Source of the DNA: Octopus vulgaris
Lineage: Eukaryota
NCBI GenBank assembly: GCA_951406725.2
Contig: OX597814.1
Coordinates: 135,594,001-135,658,000, forward strand
Direction of reading: 5' to 3'
DNA: 64,000 nucleotides
Made by a program: the position numbers and the translations under genes. The notes beneath the pieces are model-generated. The model made no database searches. It saw only the letters and a list, made by a program, of their open reading frames with translations, and was not told the DNA's origin. Of the stretch, positions 25,081-37,836 are shown in pieces. Numbering within the stretch: the stretch's first letter is position 1; every line of letters starts with the position of its first letter.

Positions 25081-25333
25081 GACCCACAATCCTGAAATTT
25101 TGGTTCCTAAGTTTTCATTACTGTGATTGTTTGTGGTGATTTTTTTACATGACTTTTTGCGACAAATTTTTTTTTACAATAACAATTTTTATAATCTAAA
25201 GGCTCACTCTGTGAGTAAATTAAAAACATTCTGGGCCGAATCTGGACCTGCAATCCTGAAATTTTGGACTCCTATGTTTTCATTACTGCTATTGTTTTTG
25301 GTGATTTTTCTTACATGATTTTTTGCAACAAAT
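25081..25333. repeat. Diverged direct duplication of about 87 bp
   Basis: GACC..CAATCCTGAAATTTTGG...TTTTTGC.ACAAAT at 25081-25167 and 25245-25333. Confidence 0.85.
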
Positions 25334-25632
25334 ATGATCATCATTGGGATATGACTCTGGAGGAAGTAATTACAACAAATTCTCTAAGTCGGTGATCTGT
25401 TTGCAGATCTTCCCATTCAGGGTCAGTTGTTTAAAAGCTATATACTAGCTTAAAAGTACTAGGTTTGAAAGAATAACACTAGGATCAATTTGTTTGACTA
25501 AACCTGGCCAGGTGGTGCTCCAACATGGCCACAGTATAATGATTGGAACAAAGATAAAAATTGCTATTTTTTGAGAATAACTATAGAAAACAAAAGAATT
25601 AGTTTTTCAAGAAGCATATTTATGTACATATA

Positions 25633-25986
25633 GGCGTAGGAGCGGCTGTGTGGTAAGTAGCTTTCTTACAAACCACATGGTTCTGGGTTCAGTCCCACTT
25701 GGGCAAGTGTCTTCTGCTATAGTCTCGGGCCGACTAAAGCCTTGTGAGTGGATTTGGTAGACGGAAACTGAAAGAAGCCCGTCGTATATATGTATATATA
25801 TGTATGCATGTGTGTATGTCTGTGTGTGCCCCCAACATCGTTTGACAACTGATGTTATCAAGAGACTGATAGAATAAGTACTAGGCTTACAAAGAATAAG
25901 TCCTGGGGTCGATTCGTTCAACTAAAGGTGGTGCTCCAGCATGGCCACAGTCAAATGACTGAAACAAGTAAAAGAGTAAAAGAGTA
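25633..25986 (+). mobile_element. Full-length tRNA-derived SINE family A
   Basis: Colinear with 15735-16145; other near-full copies at 39496-39876 (+) and 43890-44251 (-). Confidence 0.9.
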
Positions 25987-28824
25987 TATAAATCATCTAG
26001 TAGTGTATCTGGCACACTAACCTTTCATCATTTGATACAAAAATCACTTCCCACAACATGCCCCCGCCTCAAAGGTTTTTTTGTCTAGCAAGTTATTTGG
26101 TGACCCTGCCAGTGTTGGTGCCACGTAAAAAGCATCCGGTCCACACTGTAAAGTGGTTAGCATTTGGAAGGACATCCAGCTGTAAAAACCCACGAAGACA
26201 CAGAAGCCTTGTTTGGCCAGCTCCTATCAAACCATCCAACCCATGCCAGCATGAAAGGCAAATGTTAAATAATGATGAAGATGATGATAATGATATATAA
26301 TGTGTAATGAAGTAATAATATTTTGTAAATCTTAGGATTGTTGCAACATTACAGAAGACAATCTTCAAAAAGTGACTAAAGAGAATATGCAAGAGTGGTT
26401 TTTATTCTCCAAGTTAGTGAATCCTGCACAGCAAGTTAGTAAAACATTCAGAGAGACAGTGATATACAATGAACTGTGTCTTTCTATTGAAACTCTACAT
26501 ATTAATGAGAAGTTGACCATAGAATGAGCCCTTTTTTTTTTTAGCCCTTTTATATTTCTGTTGAAACACATTGCCCCTGCTTCATTTAATTCTGAAAATG
26601 ACTAATTTGATGAAATGATTATTATTAACCTTTTTACTGCAGAAATCAGATATATTCACTCAAAATTTCAGTATTCTTAACTGCAGAAAGCAGTTTTATA
26701 TATCAATCTATCTTTGTTGAGGAATGTCATGTTCAAATCTATAAGTCAATTTTATTGAGGCAATGTGACTCACAGAAAAATATCAATTCTATTTTTTGGT
26801 AGATGTTTAACATCTTTACTGGAATAAACATGAAATTTAATTTCACAGTTAAAGGGTGAATCTAGTATTTGAAACATTAATTAACATGAAATTTTTATGG
26901 AATGTTTTAATATAGATCACTTTCAAAGGTAACGACCCCCTTCGGTCATGAATGACCATGAGATTGTACCTAGAAAGTTTTCCTATGAGGCGCAAGTTCA
27001 GACAAGGTTGTATATGGAAGACCAGCAGTCGCCCATGCATACCAGCCTCCCCTCTTCATGTCACCAACGTTATCCAAGGGAAAGATGATACAACTTGGCA
27101 CCAGTGACATTGCAACTCATTTCTATAACAATGTGAAATAAAGTGTCTTGCTCAAGAATACAACACAGCCTGGTCCAGGAATCAAACTCACTACTTCATG
27201 ATTGTGAGCTCTAACTACTGAGCCATAAAGCATTGTACTATAGAATTAGGGACTTTCTTGAGTGAGTTGGTATCAAAAAGGGTTAACGGACACTAGGCAA
27301 CCATAGTGACTGTATAGAATTTGACTGATAGATTTACATTTTATCAATTTGGTAGGCTGAAAAATACATTGTATACATGATGCTATTGCAGTTAAAACAT
27401 AGAAGTCAGTGGTTCTCAGACAAATACCAACCTCACCACCACTACCAAAACTAATAATTATATATTTTAGTGAAATTTTCTTTATTCCACCTCATTAGTG
27501 AGAAATGTGAAATAGTTTATATGCATGTACAATATGTAATATATTTGTGTATTTACGAATGTGGAAGAACTTATTTGTTGAAATAATCACAGCAGTAATT
27601 TCTCTGCACAGTCTACATGTGTGAAAACACATTGGGCAATGAATGACATTGTCGAATTGTAAGATACAGGTGTTTCTATGATCTTAATTGACTCCATTCT
27701 AGTTCATTCATTGCAAATAAAATATGTACTTGACAAAGTCAATGTAGTCAGCAAAACCACTTTCAAGATGTTCAACACAGCACAGCTATAACTAGCAAAA
27801 TATTAATTATATAGCTATAACCAGTAAAATAGAGGACCCCTTCCTAGTTGCTTTTCAGCACCTATGCTTCCTATCCTCTAACTGTAAGCAGAATATTTCT
27901 TCACAGTCCTATAGTACAGGTAATTACAAAATAATAGTACAGGTAATTACAAAAGGAATAACAATGAAAATAACACTTAGCATCCTCATAAAATGCTCTC
28001 TGTTAGCACTGTTGATACCAGCCCAACAGATATTATTCCTGGTTTTATAATAAAACCTCTAATTTTGATTCAAAAACTTTCAAAATTTTAACTAAGAACA
28101 TTTTGTTATGCTTTTGTTTTTATCTGTTAGGAGAAAAGGTAACACACATGACCATTACAGGGACTTTCAGATCAGTCCCACTGCATGGTACCCTGGATAT
28201 GGATCTTATAATAGTCACAGGCTGTACAAAGCCTTGAATGGATTTTGGTAAGCAGAAACTAAAAGAATCCTGTCATCTATATAGATCATCATCATCATTT
28301 AATGTCTGTTTTCAATGCTGACATGGGTTGGATGGTTTGACAGGAGCTGGCAAGACAGAGAGCTGCACCAGGCTCCAATTTGTCTGTTTGGGCATGGTTT
28401 ACAGAGCATGCTGGGTGTTTTTCACATAGCACTCGCATGGTTGTTTTATGTGGTGTTGGCACAGATGCTCTATACATAGCACTGGCACAGGTGCTCTTTA
28501 CATTGAGCTGGCACACTATAAATGTGTGTGTTTATATTTGGGGTTTATGAAAGCCACTTGCTGCAAATGATGAGGTTGCTTTCATGAACAAATTTCCAAC
28601 TTGATTGCACTTTCAAAGATGTCTGAAGTAAGAGATCCCTCACTTGAATATCAGGTAAAAGTTAGTGACAGGAAGAAAATCTGGCTACAAAACAATGCCC
28701 CAATACATTCATCTAACTAATGCTAGCACAGGAAAGTGGACATAAATTGAATGAAATATGAGTGAAAAAGGGCTATATGTTAGCATTGCCACAGTCAAAT
28801 AGCTGAAGCCAGTAACATAATCCT

Positions 28825-29900
28825 TTATTCTATAGGTACAAGGCCTGACATTTTAGAGGAATGATCTAATCAATTACATCAACCTCAATGCTCAACTGGT
28901 ATTATTTTATTGATAAGAAGCATGTCTATCTAAGTGGAGTTTGAACTCAGAATGTTAAGATCCAGAAGAAATGCTGCTAAGCAGTTTGTCCAGTATGATA
29001 AAGATTCTGCCAACTCGAAGTTTTAATAATCATTTCTACTACAAGTACAGAACCAGAAATTTTGGGAGAGCAAGCTAGTTTTTTATGTTGGCCCAAGTGC
29101 TTAACAGGTCTTATTTTATTGGTCCTTAAAAGGACAAAAGCAAAGTTGACCCTAGCAGCATTTGAACCAGAATGTAAAACTGGGGGAAATGTCACTAAGC
29201 ATTTTGTTGCCTGCTAATGATTCTGCTAGCTGAACACCTTAATAATGATTTCAGATTTTAGCACAAGGCCAGCAATTTTGGGGAAGTGGGTAAGTCAATT
29301 ATATTGACCCTAATACTCAACTGGTACTTATCACTTCAAAAGGATGAAAGGCAAAGTCAAGTTTAACCGAATTTGTCAACACCTTAATTCTTTTTACTAT
29401 AGGCACAATGCCTCAAATTTTGGGAGAAGGAGACAGTCAAGTACATTGACCACAGCACTTAACAGGTACTTACTTTACTAACCCCAAAAGGATGACAGGT
29501 AAAGTTAATCTCTACAAAATTGGAACTCAAAATGAAATGAGCTGGAAGAAATGCTGCTAAACATTGTGTCCAACATGTTAATGATTCTGCCAGCTCACCA
29601 CCTTAATAATAATAATCTTTCCTACTATAGCCACAAGAGGAGGGGTTAAGTCGATTATATCAACCCCACAATCCATAGGATAAGGGTGTTGTTTATAGTA
29701 TTTTCATTTTGAATTTTGTGTGGTTCAATACCTATTAGGAAAAGAAAGACTTGATTATATCAATCTCAGTTCTTGATTGGTATTTTATTTTACTCACTCT
29801 GGAAGGATGAAATGCAATGTTAATCTTAGCAGTATTTGATCTCAGAACTTGAGCTGGAACAAATAAATACTGCAAAGCATTTTATCCCATGGTCTAATAA
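28825..29900 (-). mobile_element. Tandem cluster of about 5-6 SINE family C copies (Nin/Deu-like core)
   Basis: Repeated AGGATGAAAGGCAAAGTC...GAATTTGAACTCAGAA units in the same orientation; the reverse complement CTTTCATCCTTTCGGGGTCGATAAA resembles the Nin-domain core. Confidence 0.75.
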
Positions 29901-29924
29901 TTCAGCTAAATGATTTCTTAATTA

Positions 29925-30305
29925 GAAAGTGGAAGGAAGTTGTGGAAAAGGGAGACTCAGGAAGACATGGGATGAAGTATTGAAGACCAACCTCAAAATT
30001 CTGAACCTTGTAAAGGAGATGACAGAGGACTAGGGTATGTAGTGTATTGCTATACTCCAGAAGACCCACCCGCCACAACAGAATTGAGATCCTAAAACCA
30101 AGGTGCCATGTAAAAAGCACTGGTGGCAGTGTGACATAAAAAGTACCCAAACTGTGTGGAGTGGTTGGCATTAGGAAAGGCACTCAGCCACAAAATCTAA
30201 ATCAAAAGATATTATGGAACCTGGTGTGGTCCCTGGGTGTACCAGTTTCTGTCATGCCATCCAACCCATGCCAGCATGGAAAATGGACATTAAATGATGA
30301 TATTA
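29925..30305 (+). mobile_element. RTE LINE 3' end remnant
   Basis: GSCGKGRLRKTWDEVLKTNLKILNLVKEMTED, then the shared 3' UTR; related minus-strand copy at 44885-45245. Confidence 0.7.
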
Positions 30306-30769
30306 GTGATGGTATTGATGAAAGCCACAAAGCCACAGAAACAACAGCTCCTTCATTTAAAAAAAAAAACAGATTTAGAAAATGTATCCCAAATATTCAT
30401 CATCATCATTTAACGTCCGCTTTCCATGCTAGCATCGGTTGAACAATTTTGACTGAGGTCTGGCGAACCAGATGGCTTCTACAGCTGGATGCCCTTCCTA
30501 ACACCAACCACTCCGAGAGTGTAGTGGGTGCTTTTACATGCCACCGGCACGAGAGCCAGTCAGGTGGTACTGGCAACGGCCATGCTCAAATGGTCGTCTC
30601 TTAAAAATACAAATGTTCGTATGTATTTTGTTTGTAATAAAGAAAACAGTATTCAGAATAGACCTAGCTAGTTTATGAAACAATTAAGTAGAAGAATAAA
30701 GAATATATTTCAAAATTATGCCAAACACCTCTGTTCAGAAGTTTCATCCAAATTCAACACTGGATAATG

Positions 30770-30808
<39 letters not shown>

Positions 30809-30833
30809 CATACACATATATATACACATACAT

Positions 30834-30874
<41 letters not shown>

Positions 30875-30947
30875 AATATACTTCTCTATCATTTTTAATC
30901 AGCACATAGTTACAAAAGTGATCCAATCTCAGACACACCCTTCAAGT

Positions 30948-31009
<62 letters not shown>

Positions 31010-31020
31010 TGTGTGTGTGC
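30770..31020. repeat. (TA)n-(CA)n and (GA)n microsatellites
   Basis: Direct reading. Confidence 0.9.
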
Positions 31021-31118
31021 GGGTGGGGGGTACATGCAGAAATAAATACATTTTTCTTTTGGATTTGTAAATTGAAAGTTTCAAGGAAAACTTCATTGGG
31101 TTTGAAATGTTTAGTTAA

Positions 31119-31541
31119 CCTTTTTTTATTTTTTTTACCATATTTCTGTTGTTATACACTACTCTTGTTTCAATTGATTTTGAAAAATAAAGAATTTTTT
31201 TAAATAACTGTCGTTCTCAGGTTAGTAATTGGAACAGAAATTACCATGAAATTTCAGTGCAATGTTTTAAAGTATGAAGTTTGCACCATAAGACTAAAAG
31301 CAGTCTCAGGTAGGTTGGTCAAAAGGGTTAACACTTTAGCATTTAAACTGGCCAAAATATTCCAGCTGTTTTATGTTCAAACTAGCCAGATCTGGCCTTT
31401 CACACCAACCCTACAATATCATTCTAAAAATCAACAGTTACCTCATCAAAATCACAAAGCTACAAGATAATGTATGATTAATTCAAAACAATGTGAATAA
31501 AAAAGCATTATTTTTAATTAAATAATGTGAATGCTAAAGAG
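31119..31541. mobile_element. Two abutting piggyBac-type MITEs sharing a central TTAA
   Basis: TTAA at 31115-18, 31328-31 and 31542-45; second element (CACTTTAGC...GCTAAAGAG) matches 42524-42976. Confidence 0.65.
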
Positions 31542-31594
31542 TTAAATTATATATTGATAGCTATTTTAGAAATTTCAACATGCACTATACTTAC

Positions 31595-31679
31595 CGTCCT
31601 GATTATAGTTCCAGTGAAGCAGACGAGGTGTAGACAAAGGATCTATATATTCCTGGCAGTCCATTAAGAGAGACGACAT
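31595..31679 (-). CDS. Candidate alternative first coding exon, MSSLLMDCQEYIDPLSTPRLLHWNYNQD + phase-1 G
   Basis: ATG at 31679; 28 open codons + 1 nt, then consensus ACG|GTAAGT donor; upstream in-frame TAA; GC and CpG above flanks; CCAAT box about 170 bp upstream. Confidence 0.55.
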
Positions 31680-31716
31680 AATGCTGGTATTAGATTTTAC
31701 ACATACATTTTATATC

Positions 31717-31749
<33 letters not shown>

Positions 31750-31846
31750 GTGTGGTTCTCTTTCTCTTTTAGATATATATGTATATATAAACAGTCAGTC
31801 AAATGACTGAACCATTGTTTTAAGCTAGAGTTCTATATGGCAAACT

Positions 31847-31856
31847 GACCAATCAG
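31847..31856. promoter_or_regulatory. CCAAT (NF-Y-type) box GACCAATCAG
   Basis: Full match to RRCCAATCAG; same orientation as the box at 14307. Confidence 0.45.
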
Positions 31857-32734
31857 AACAAAAGAATATTTTGAGTGACATTTCAGGGCTTCCAGTTGTT
31901 GCGCTTGACTTAAAGTCATATATGAGGTTTGATGATTTCATTGTAGCAAGATAATGTAAACATTTGAAAGCTTTATAGGATGGTCAGCTGGTGGATGATG
32001 TTGAAGACAACAGTAATTCAGAATAGCAGAGGTGGTTAGAGGGTGAAAAGAAAAAAAAGAAAGAATGAAGGACAGAAGAAACACAGAGGAAATGAAGTAA
32101 CCTTTAGCCTTCTGACAGATGACAACTCTTGGCTGCTCAACCCCTTACCCAAGCTGCTATAACCTAGCTTCTGTGTATGTGGTCGGTCATTCCTGTAGTA
32201 GATTTGTTTGAAGGGAGGTTGGTAATTTATTTAAAAAAGGAAAAAAAAGAAAAGAAAATTTAATCAAATATATAATTTATATCTGAATAACTTATTGTTC
32301 AACCTTTGAACTCCCAAACAACAAGAGACCATTGTTTCTCTAACCATCTTGAAGAACACACTCTTGTAGCATAACAATACATAGTTAATATAAGAACCTA
32401 TATATGGTTGTTTGCCCTGATAGAAATAGTAGCCAAAACTCCCTCATATCTTACCATTAAAAAAAGAAAGGGACACATGGGTAATCTATTTCCAAATGCA
32501 CTCTACCTTGGATAAAGAGGGATTGTCATGACTAGAATGTCCTATCATAGGTTGGCTAAAGTGGGGTTAAGAAGCTTGCTTCCCAACTCTGTGATCTTGG
32601 GTTCAGTCCTACTGCATAGCACCTTGGGCAAGCATCTTCTACAATATCCATATTCCCAGGCTGACCAAAGCCTTGTGAGTAGGTTTGGTACATGGAAAAC
32701 TGAAAGAAGCCTTTCATATGTATGTGTGTGTTGA

Positions 32735-33825
32735 TAGGGAGGGGTCAAAAGCTATTTTGACTATGGACCCAATCAGCTGAAAATCTGGTATTTCCAGATT
32801 TTTTGAGAATGGCCAGGTCTAGGTATCCGGTGATGCTAGAGGGACGCCCCCCCCACCACCACCATCAAGTGTCACCTGTGCCTGGAACCGGGCCATATCA
32901 AAAAGAACTGCCCTAAGGACCAAAATAAGGTCCTGGAGCAGTTGATAAAAATACTGCTCCCTGCTCCCTCATTGGAGGGAGAGAAGGAGAAAGTCAAGGA
33001 AGTGGAAACCTCCTCAAAAAAAGGAAAAAACGAAAGGTGGGCAACAATGGGTGCCCACCGAAGGATCTGAGGGCTGCAGGAGGGAGGGAGGATCTGTTGA
33101 ACAAGGTAGAGGAACTACATCCTCCTGTGGCTCAAAGGGAAAAAAAAAAATGGGACATTGCCGGTGGTTTGTGACACACTGCCGGCATGTCCTGAAGCAT
33201 CTTTGGTGGGATTTGTGCCACCAAAGATGGAAATTTTACAACACCCCTATGATACAGAGGAGGAATTTGTGGTCCTCTTCGATAAGAGAGGGACAGTAGA
33301 GGGCTTTGTCAAGAAGCTTAAAAGGAAGGGTCAAAGGGAGGGGATTCTGTCCTGCACAGAGGACCCTGACTGGCCTTTGCAGGTGGCTGCAAAGGTCATG
33401 AGGGAGAACAACCTGTTCAGGATAAGGGTGTCCTTACCTGAGGATACCTTCAGATTTATGCTAAATTGGCCCGACTTGGAACCGTCCAGGTATTTAGCTG
33501 AGGCGAGAAATCTGGTCAGGCAGGAAGATTGTTTCATTGATTCATAAATGGACTTGTGTAAGAGGTTTATTGCCTCACAATGGCTTTGTATGTCATAAAT
33601 GTAAGAGGTCTATTGCCTCCTTAATGTGTTATTATGTAAGAAGTTTGTTGCCTCAATATGTTTTATAAAGAACAATGTGCTCGGGTAAATAGCAATTGGC
33701 TGGCGTTGTTGCTGTTGCCCTCATTATTATCATATCGTTAATCATTCCATCTCATTATGTCCGCGTCCAGCCCGCAGCTTCCTTTCTTTGTAAGGCCTTT
33801 GTGGCCAATTGAATGAATAAAAGAA
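32735..33825 (+). mobile_element. Tx1/L1-clade-like ORF1 remnant with zinc knuckle and 3' UTR, no RT
   Basis: RYPVMLEGRPP..KCHLCLEPGHIKKNCP (CX2CX4HX4C at 32870-32911); GC-richer frameshifted ORF to 33547; three 20-bp subrepeats; AATAAA and A-rich end. Confidence 0.65.
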
Positions 33826-36800
33826 GCTTGCTTATCAACCAGATTAGTTCCGGATCCATGAGATCATGACCGAAGGGGGTCCTTGTTACTTGCAAGTGGC
33901 CTCTACTACAACCTTGGCCCAATCAACGCCTTATGAGTGGATTTGATAGATGGAAACTGAAAGAAGTGTTTCCCACCACTGCTTGACAACTAATGTTGGT
34001 CTGTTTACTTCCCTGTAACTGAGTGGTTCAACAAAAGAGACTGGTGAAATAAGTATCAAGTATAACAAAATTAAGTACTGGGGTCGATTCATTTGACTAG
34101 AAATTCAAAGTGGTGCCCCAGCATGGCCACATTCTAATAACTGAAAGAAGTAAAAGATAAAAAACTAAAAATAACAGGTTTCATATATTATTTTTCTGTA
34201 TTACATTTAGTATTTGATAAAGTAATTTGATATAAGTAAACATTTTAGTGGTTTCTTGGGTAGTAAATACAATTCAGTTTTAATATCTTGATTTGGAAGA
34301 AATGATAATATTTTGAATTAAATAAGGTAATTGTTTTTAAATAGCAACCTGTGCATCACACTAAAAGCAGATACATCATGGAAGGCATATTAACTGCAGT
34401 ATTTGTCCTGTGATAATACCTCTGATAGATATTACAGTTGATTAGGTTTTCCATAATGTATCTGACTTAGACATGATGAACAGAACTTTTCCAAAGAATT
34501 TGACAGTAAAATAATTAATGGCAAAATATTCCCAGTCAGAAACTGATATTTTTCTAAGTTTACAAAGAATTTAACATAAAACAATGATATCTATCATTAG
34601 ATGGGTAATGAGGTCAGTAAGAGGTACATAAACGATTGTCAATAAAGTAACAAAGACCCCCTTCAGTCATGAATGACCGTGGGATTGCACCTAGAAAGTT
34701 TCCCTCCAAGGCACAAGTCCAGGCAAAGTTGTTTATGGAAGATCTGCAGTCGCCCATGCATACTAGCCTCCCCTCTCCATGCCACCGATGTTGCCCAAGG
34801 GAAAGGCAAAGGCACAAGTGACGTTGCAACTCATTTCTACAGATAAGTGAACTGGAGTAACATGAAATAAAGTGTCTTGCTCAAGAGCACAACACACAGC
34901 CCTGTTTAGGAATTGAACTCACTACCTCATAGTTGTGATCCCAACACTAACCACTGAACCATGTGCCTTTACCAATAAAGTAATACTATAGATATAAACA
35001 TAATTACTAAACTACTAAAGTAAGAAAACATTCGCATCCAATTTCTTGTAGAAATCAGCAAAATTTTCAAACATAGCTTTGCAACATATATTTAAAAGAG
35101 GGTAAAATCCAGAATATTAAGAAAATATTGGTGGTAGTTTGTGTCGGCAACAATTAATTCAAAGTGTTTGCTAAGTTTAACCACTGTGAGAGTGAAGAAT
35201 CTAATGGTGTGAGATTTTGTTCATCTGAGAGAGAAGTAGTATTGTCATAAGCAACAACAATACTTTTTTTTTTTACCTTAATACTCTTTGACAAAAAGCA
35301 AGAACCTGAATCATTTGACTTTTCCATCCTCATCACAACCAATTCATGAGTATCCTTCCTTGGGTCCTTAACTCTTGATGTATTCATAAAGTTACCTTCA
35401 TTTTATACAGTGTGTCTTGGGCATGTAAAACCTGGTAGAGCCCATAATGTTCAAATCTGATCACAGGGAGTGTGTGTGTGTGTATGTGAGAGAGAGACAA
35501 ACAGAGAGTAAGGAAGATCATGGGCCATGTGATTGCAAACATCAACAGAGAAACATACACCTGATCAAGAACTTGGGAAAAGAAATGCTGCCCAATGTGC
35601 AAACATGCACAGGAAGGACTAAAACACCACTATTGAATTTAAACTCTTCTATGAACACTTATATGCAACAGGGATCATCTACAACATGTAACCACAACTG
35701 AGTTTTGTAAAATGTAAACATGATCAATTAAGTAAAACTTGAGATACTTTTTATCAGTCTCAGAGTGATGAAAAAGCAGGAGTGAGCCACCAAATTTTAG
35801 GAATAAAAACTTGACTGTTCCAACAAAGAATCTCTATACAGTTGTTCATTAACAGAAATAGTAACCAAATCCTTCTCAAATCACACCCTACTGTCTCAAA
35901 GTATTATATTATATAATATTGTTCTAGATACATACTGCTTTAAACAACTAAAAAGAAACACATACCAAATATGCATAATTGGAATGCTTTTGATCACCGA
36001 CAGTTGAGCTGAGACTAAACAATGACAGTAATATTTTTAAAGTTTTTCTATATCTTTGGATCATCTTGTAAGTGTTAACCAAAACAGAGGCATTAACAAT
36101 ACAGAACTAACCTAGATTTCTGTTGTTACAAGGAATGGATCAAACAAAATAGTAAATGAACTAACAAAATATCTGTCAGCAATTTTTACAAGGGTGCCAC
36201 TACTTACAGTGGTGAGTAATTTTTATACTACTGTACTTACAACTAGGTTGATTATATCCTGTAACATTAAGTGCCTTAATGAATGATACAGTGTAGTGCC
36301 AAAATGTCAAACCACATACATGTCTGTTGCAAGTTCAATATTCTCAGTCAAAAAGGAAAATGATGGTCCCAAATGAGAATCAAAATTAATTTGAAGACAC
36401 AGATTACCAGGAACTTACAAATGTGGTGCATTCACACATGCATACACATATATATTCAATTTCCAGTTGAGGGATGGATGGCATAATTCACTGAATTTGA
36501 TACAAATATTTACAGTCTTTACTATAAATTTGTGATAAGACCACAAATTTGGGAAAAGGTTGTATTTGAGGGTGAGCTGAAAAGTTCATGGGCTGACTAT
36601 GAAGGATTGATACTAGAGCTGTGAAATCTTGCATGTATTGATTTCAGTGCTTCTTTTTAATAATTTCACTGTTTCTCTCCAGGTTAACTTACATCTGATT
36701 GTTCAAAGAACAGGGTTAACTAAAAGTCTGAAAACAAGTATGGGCATTTAGAATATTTGAAAATGCTTTGGACAGGTAAAGGGTAAATATTTGAAATGCT

Positions 36801-37836
36801 AAAATGATACAGTATGGTCAAATAGGTAGTGAGAGAGAAATAATAATCTAGCTGCCTTCCACATCAATCATTTAACTTTTCTACTGCTTTTACAGAAGTG
36901 GATAATTGTCAAAACATTCTAATAACTGATAATTCTGAGCTAAAACTAAAAATAAGCCAACAGAAAAAGCAACAACCTCAACTCATGGTCAAAAACTAGG
37001 TCATGCATATTGCCTGAGTACAAAACTCTTGGTCAGCTAAATCTGTCTGATAAAAAAAAAACCCAACTGAATGAAGCAAGTTCTACCAGCTAAAAAAAAT
37101 ATAGGATACTACTTTACTAGAAAGAAAGAAGCAGTTATGCTCATCTGGATGTTTAATATTGTGCATATGAAGAGACTTGGAAACATAATATAGGTTGTTA
37201 TGGTTTAAGTCATTTCATATTTGTAGTTATTGCTCTCTTGGATAGATCACAGGACCATATTTTGATTGTGCATTTCATTATTCACTTGGTTTCTACAGCT
37301 GGATGCGCTTCCTATTCACCAACCATTTGCTATTGTTTTGAGTACATTTTATTGTAGCACCAACACCAGGGAGGTTGCCTTTCACTCTGCAACACCAAAG
37401 AAGCCTAACTATTCTTTGACATATTTATTTAGTGAAGAAAATATGACAAAGAAAATAAATAGCAGAGAAAAAGAATGTAAACAGAAATACCAGGATGGTT
37501 GGGGTGAAAAGAGCAAGAGTATGGTAACTGAAACAAAGTGATTGAGACTAGAAAGTGAGAGAGAGTAGGAGAAAGAGTGATGGATAATAACTGAAACAGA
37601 CAATGGTAAGAATAAGTCACAGATGTCAATAACAAGTGGCTCTGAGCATGTGAGTGATGACTGGTAATACAGAAACAGTGATGGTAGATTGTAGGGTGAG
37701 AAAGGATTGAATATGAGTAGGTTCAATACCATCCCTTGTTACAGAGGCAGCAAAGTACAGATATATAGAAGGGACCCACTGCCATCTTTAGTTACATGAG
37801 TGGCATAGCACATTGAATAAAAGTGAATGGTGAAAG

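Noticed and set aside
35277-35387. ATG-to-GTAAAA segment MNTSRVKDPRK... as another first exon
   Set aside because: Weak donor in an A run, phase 0, no promoter motif
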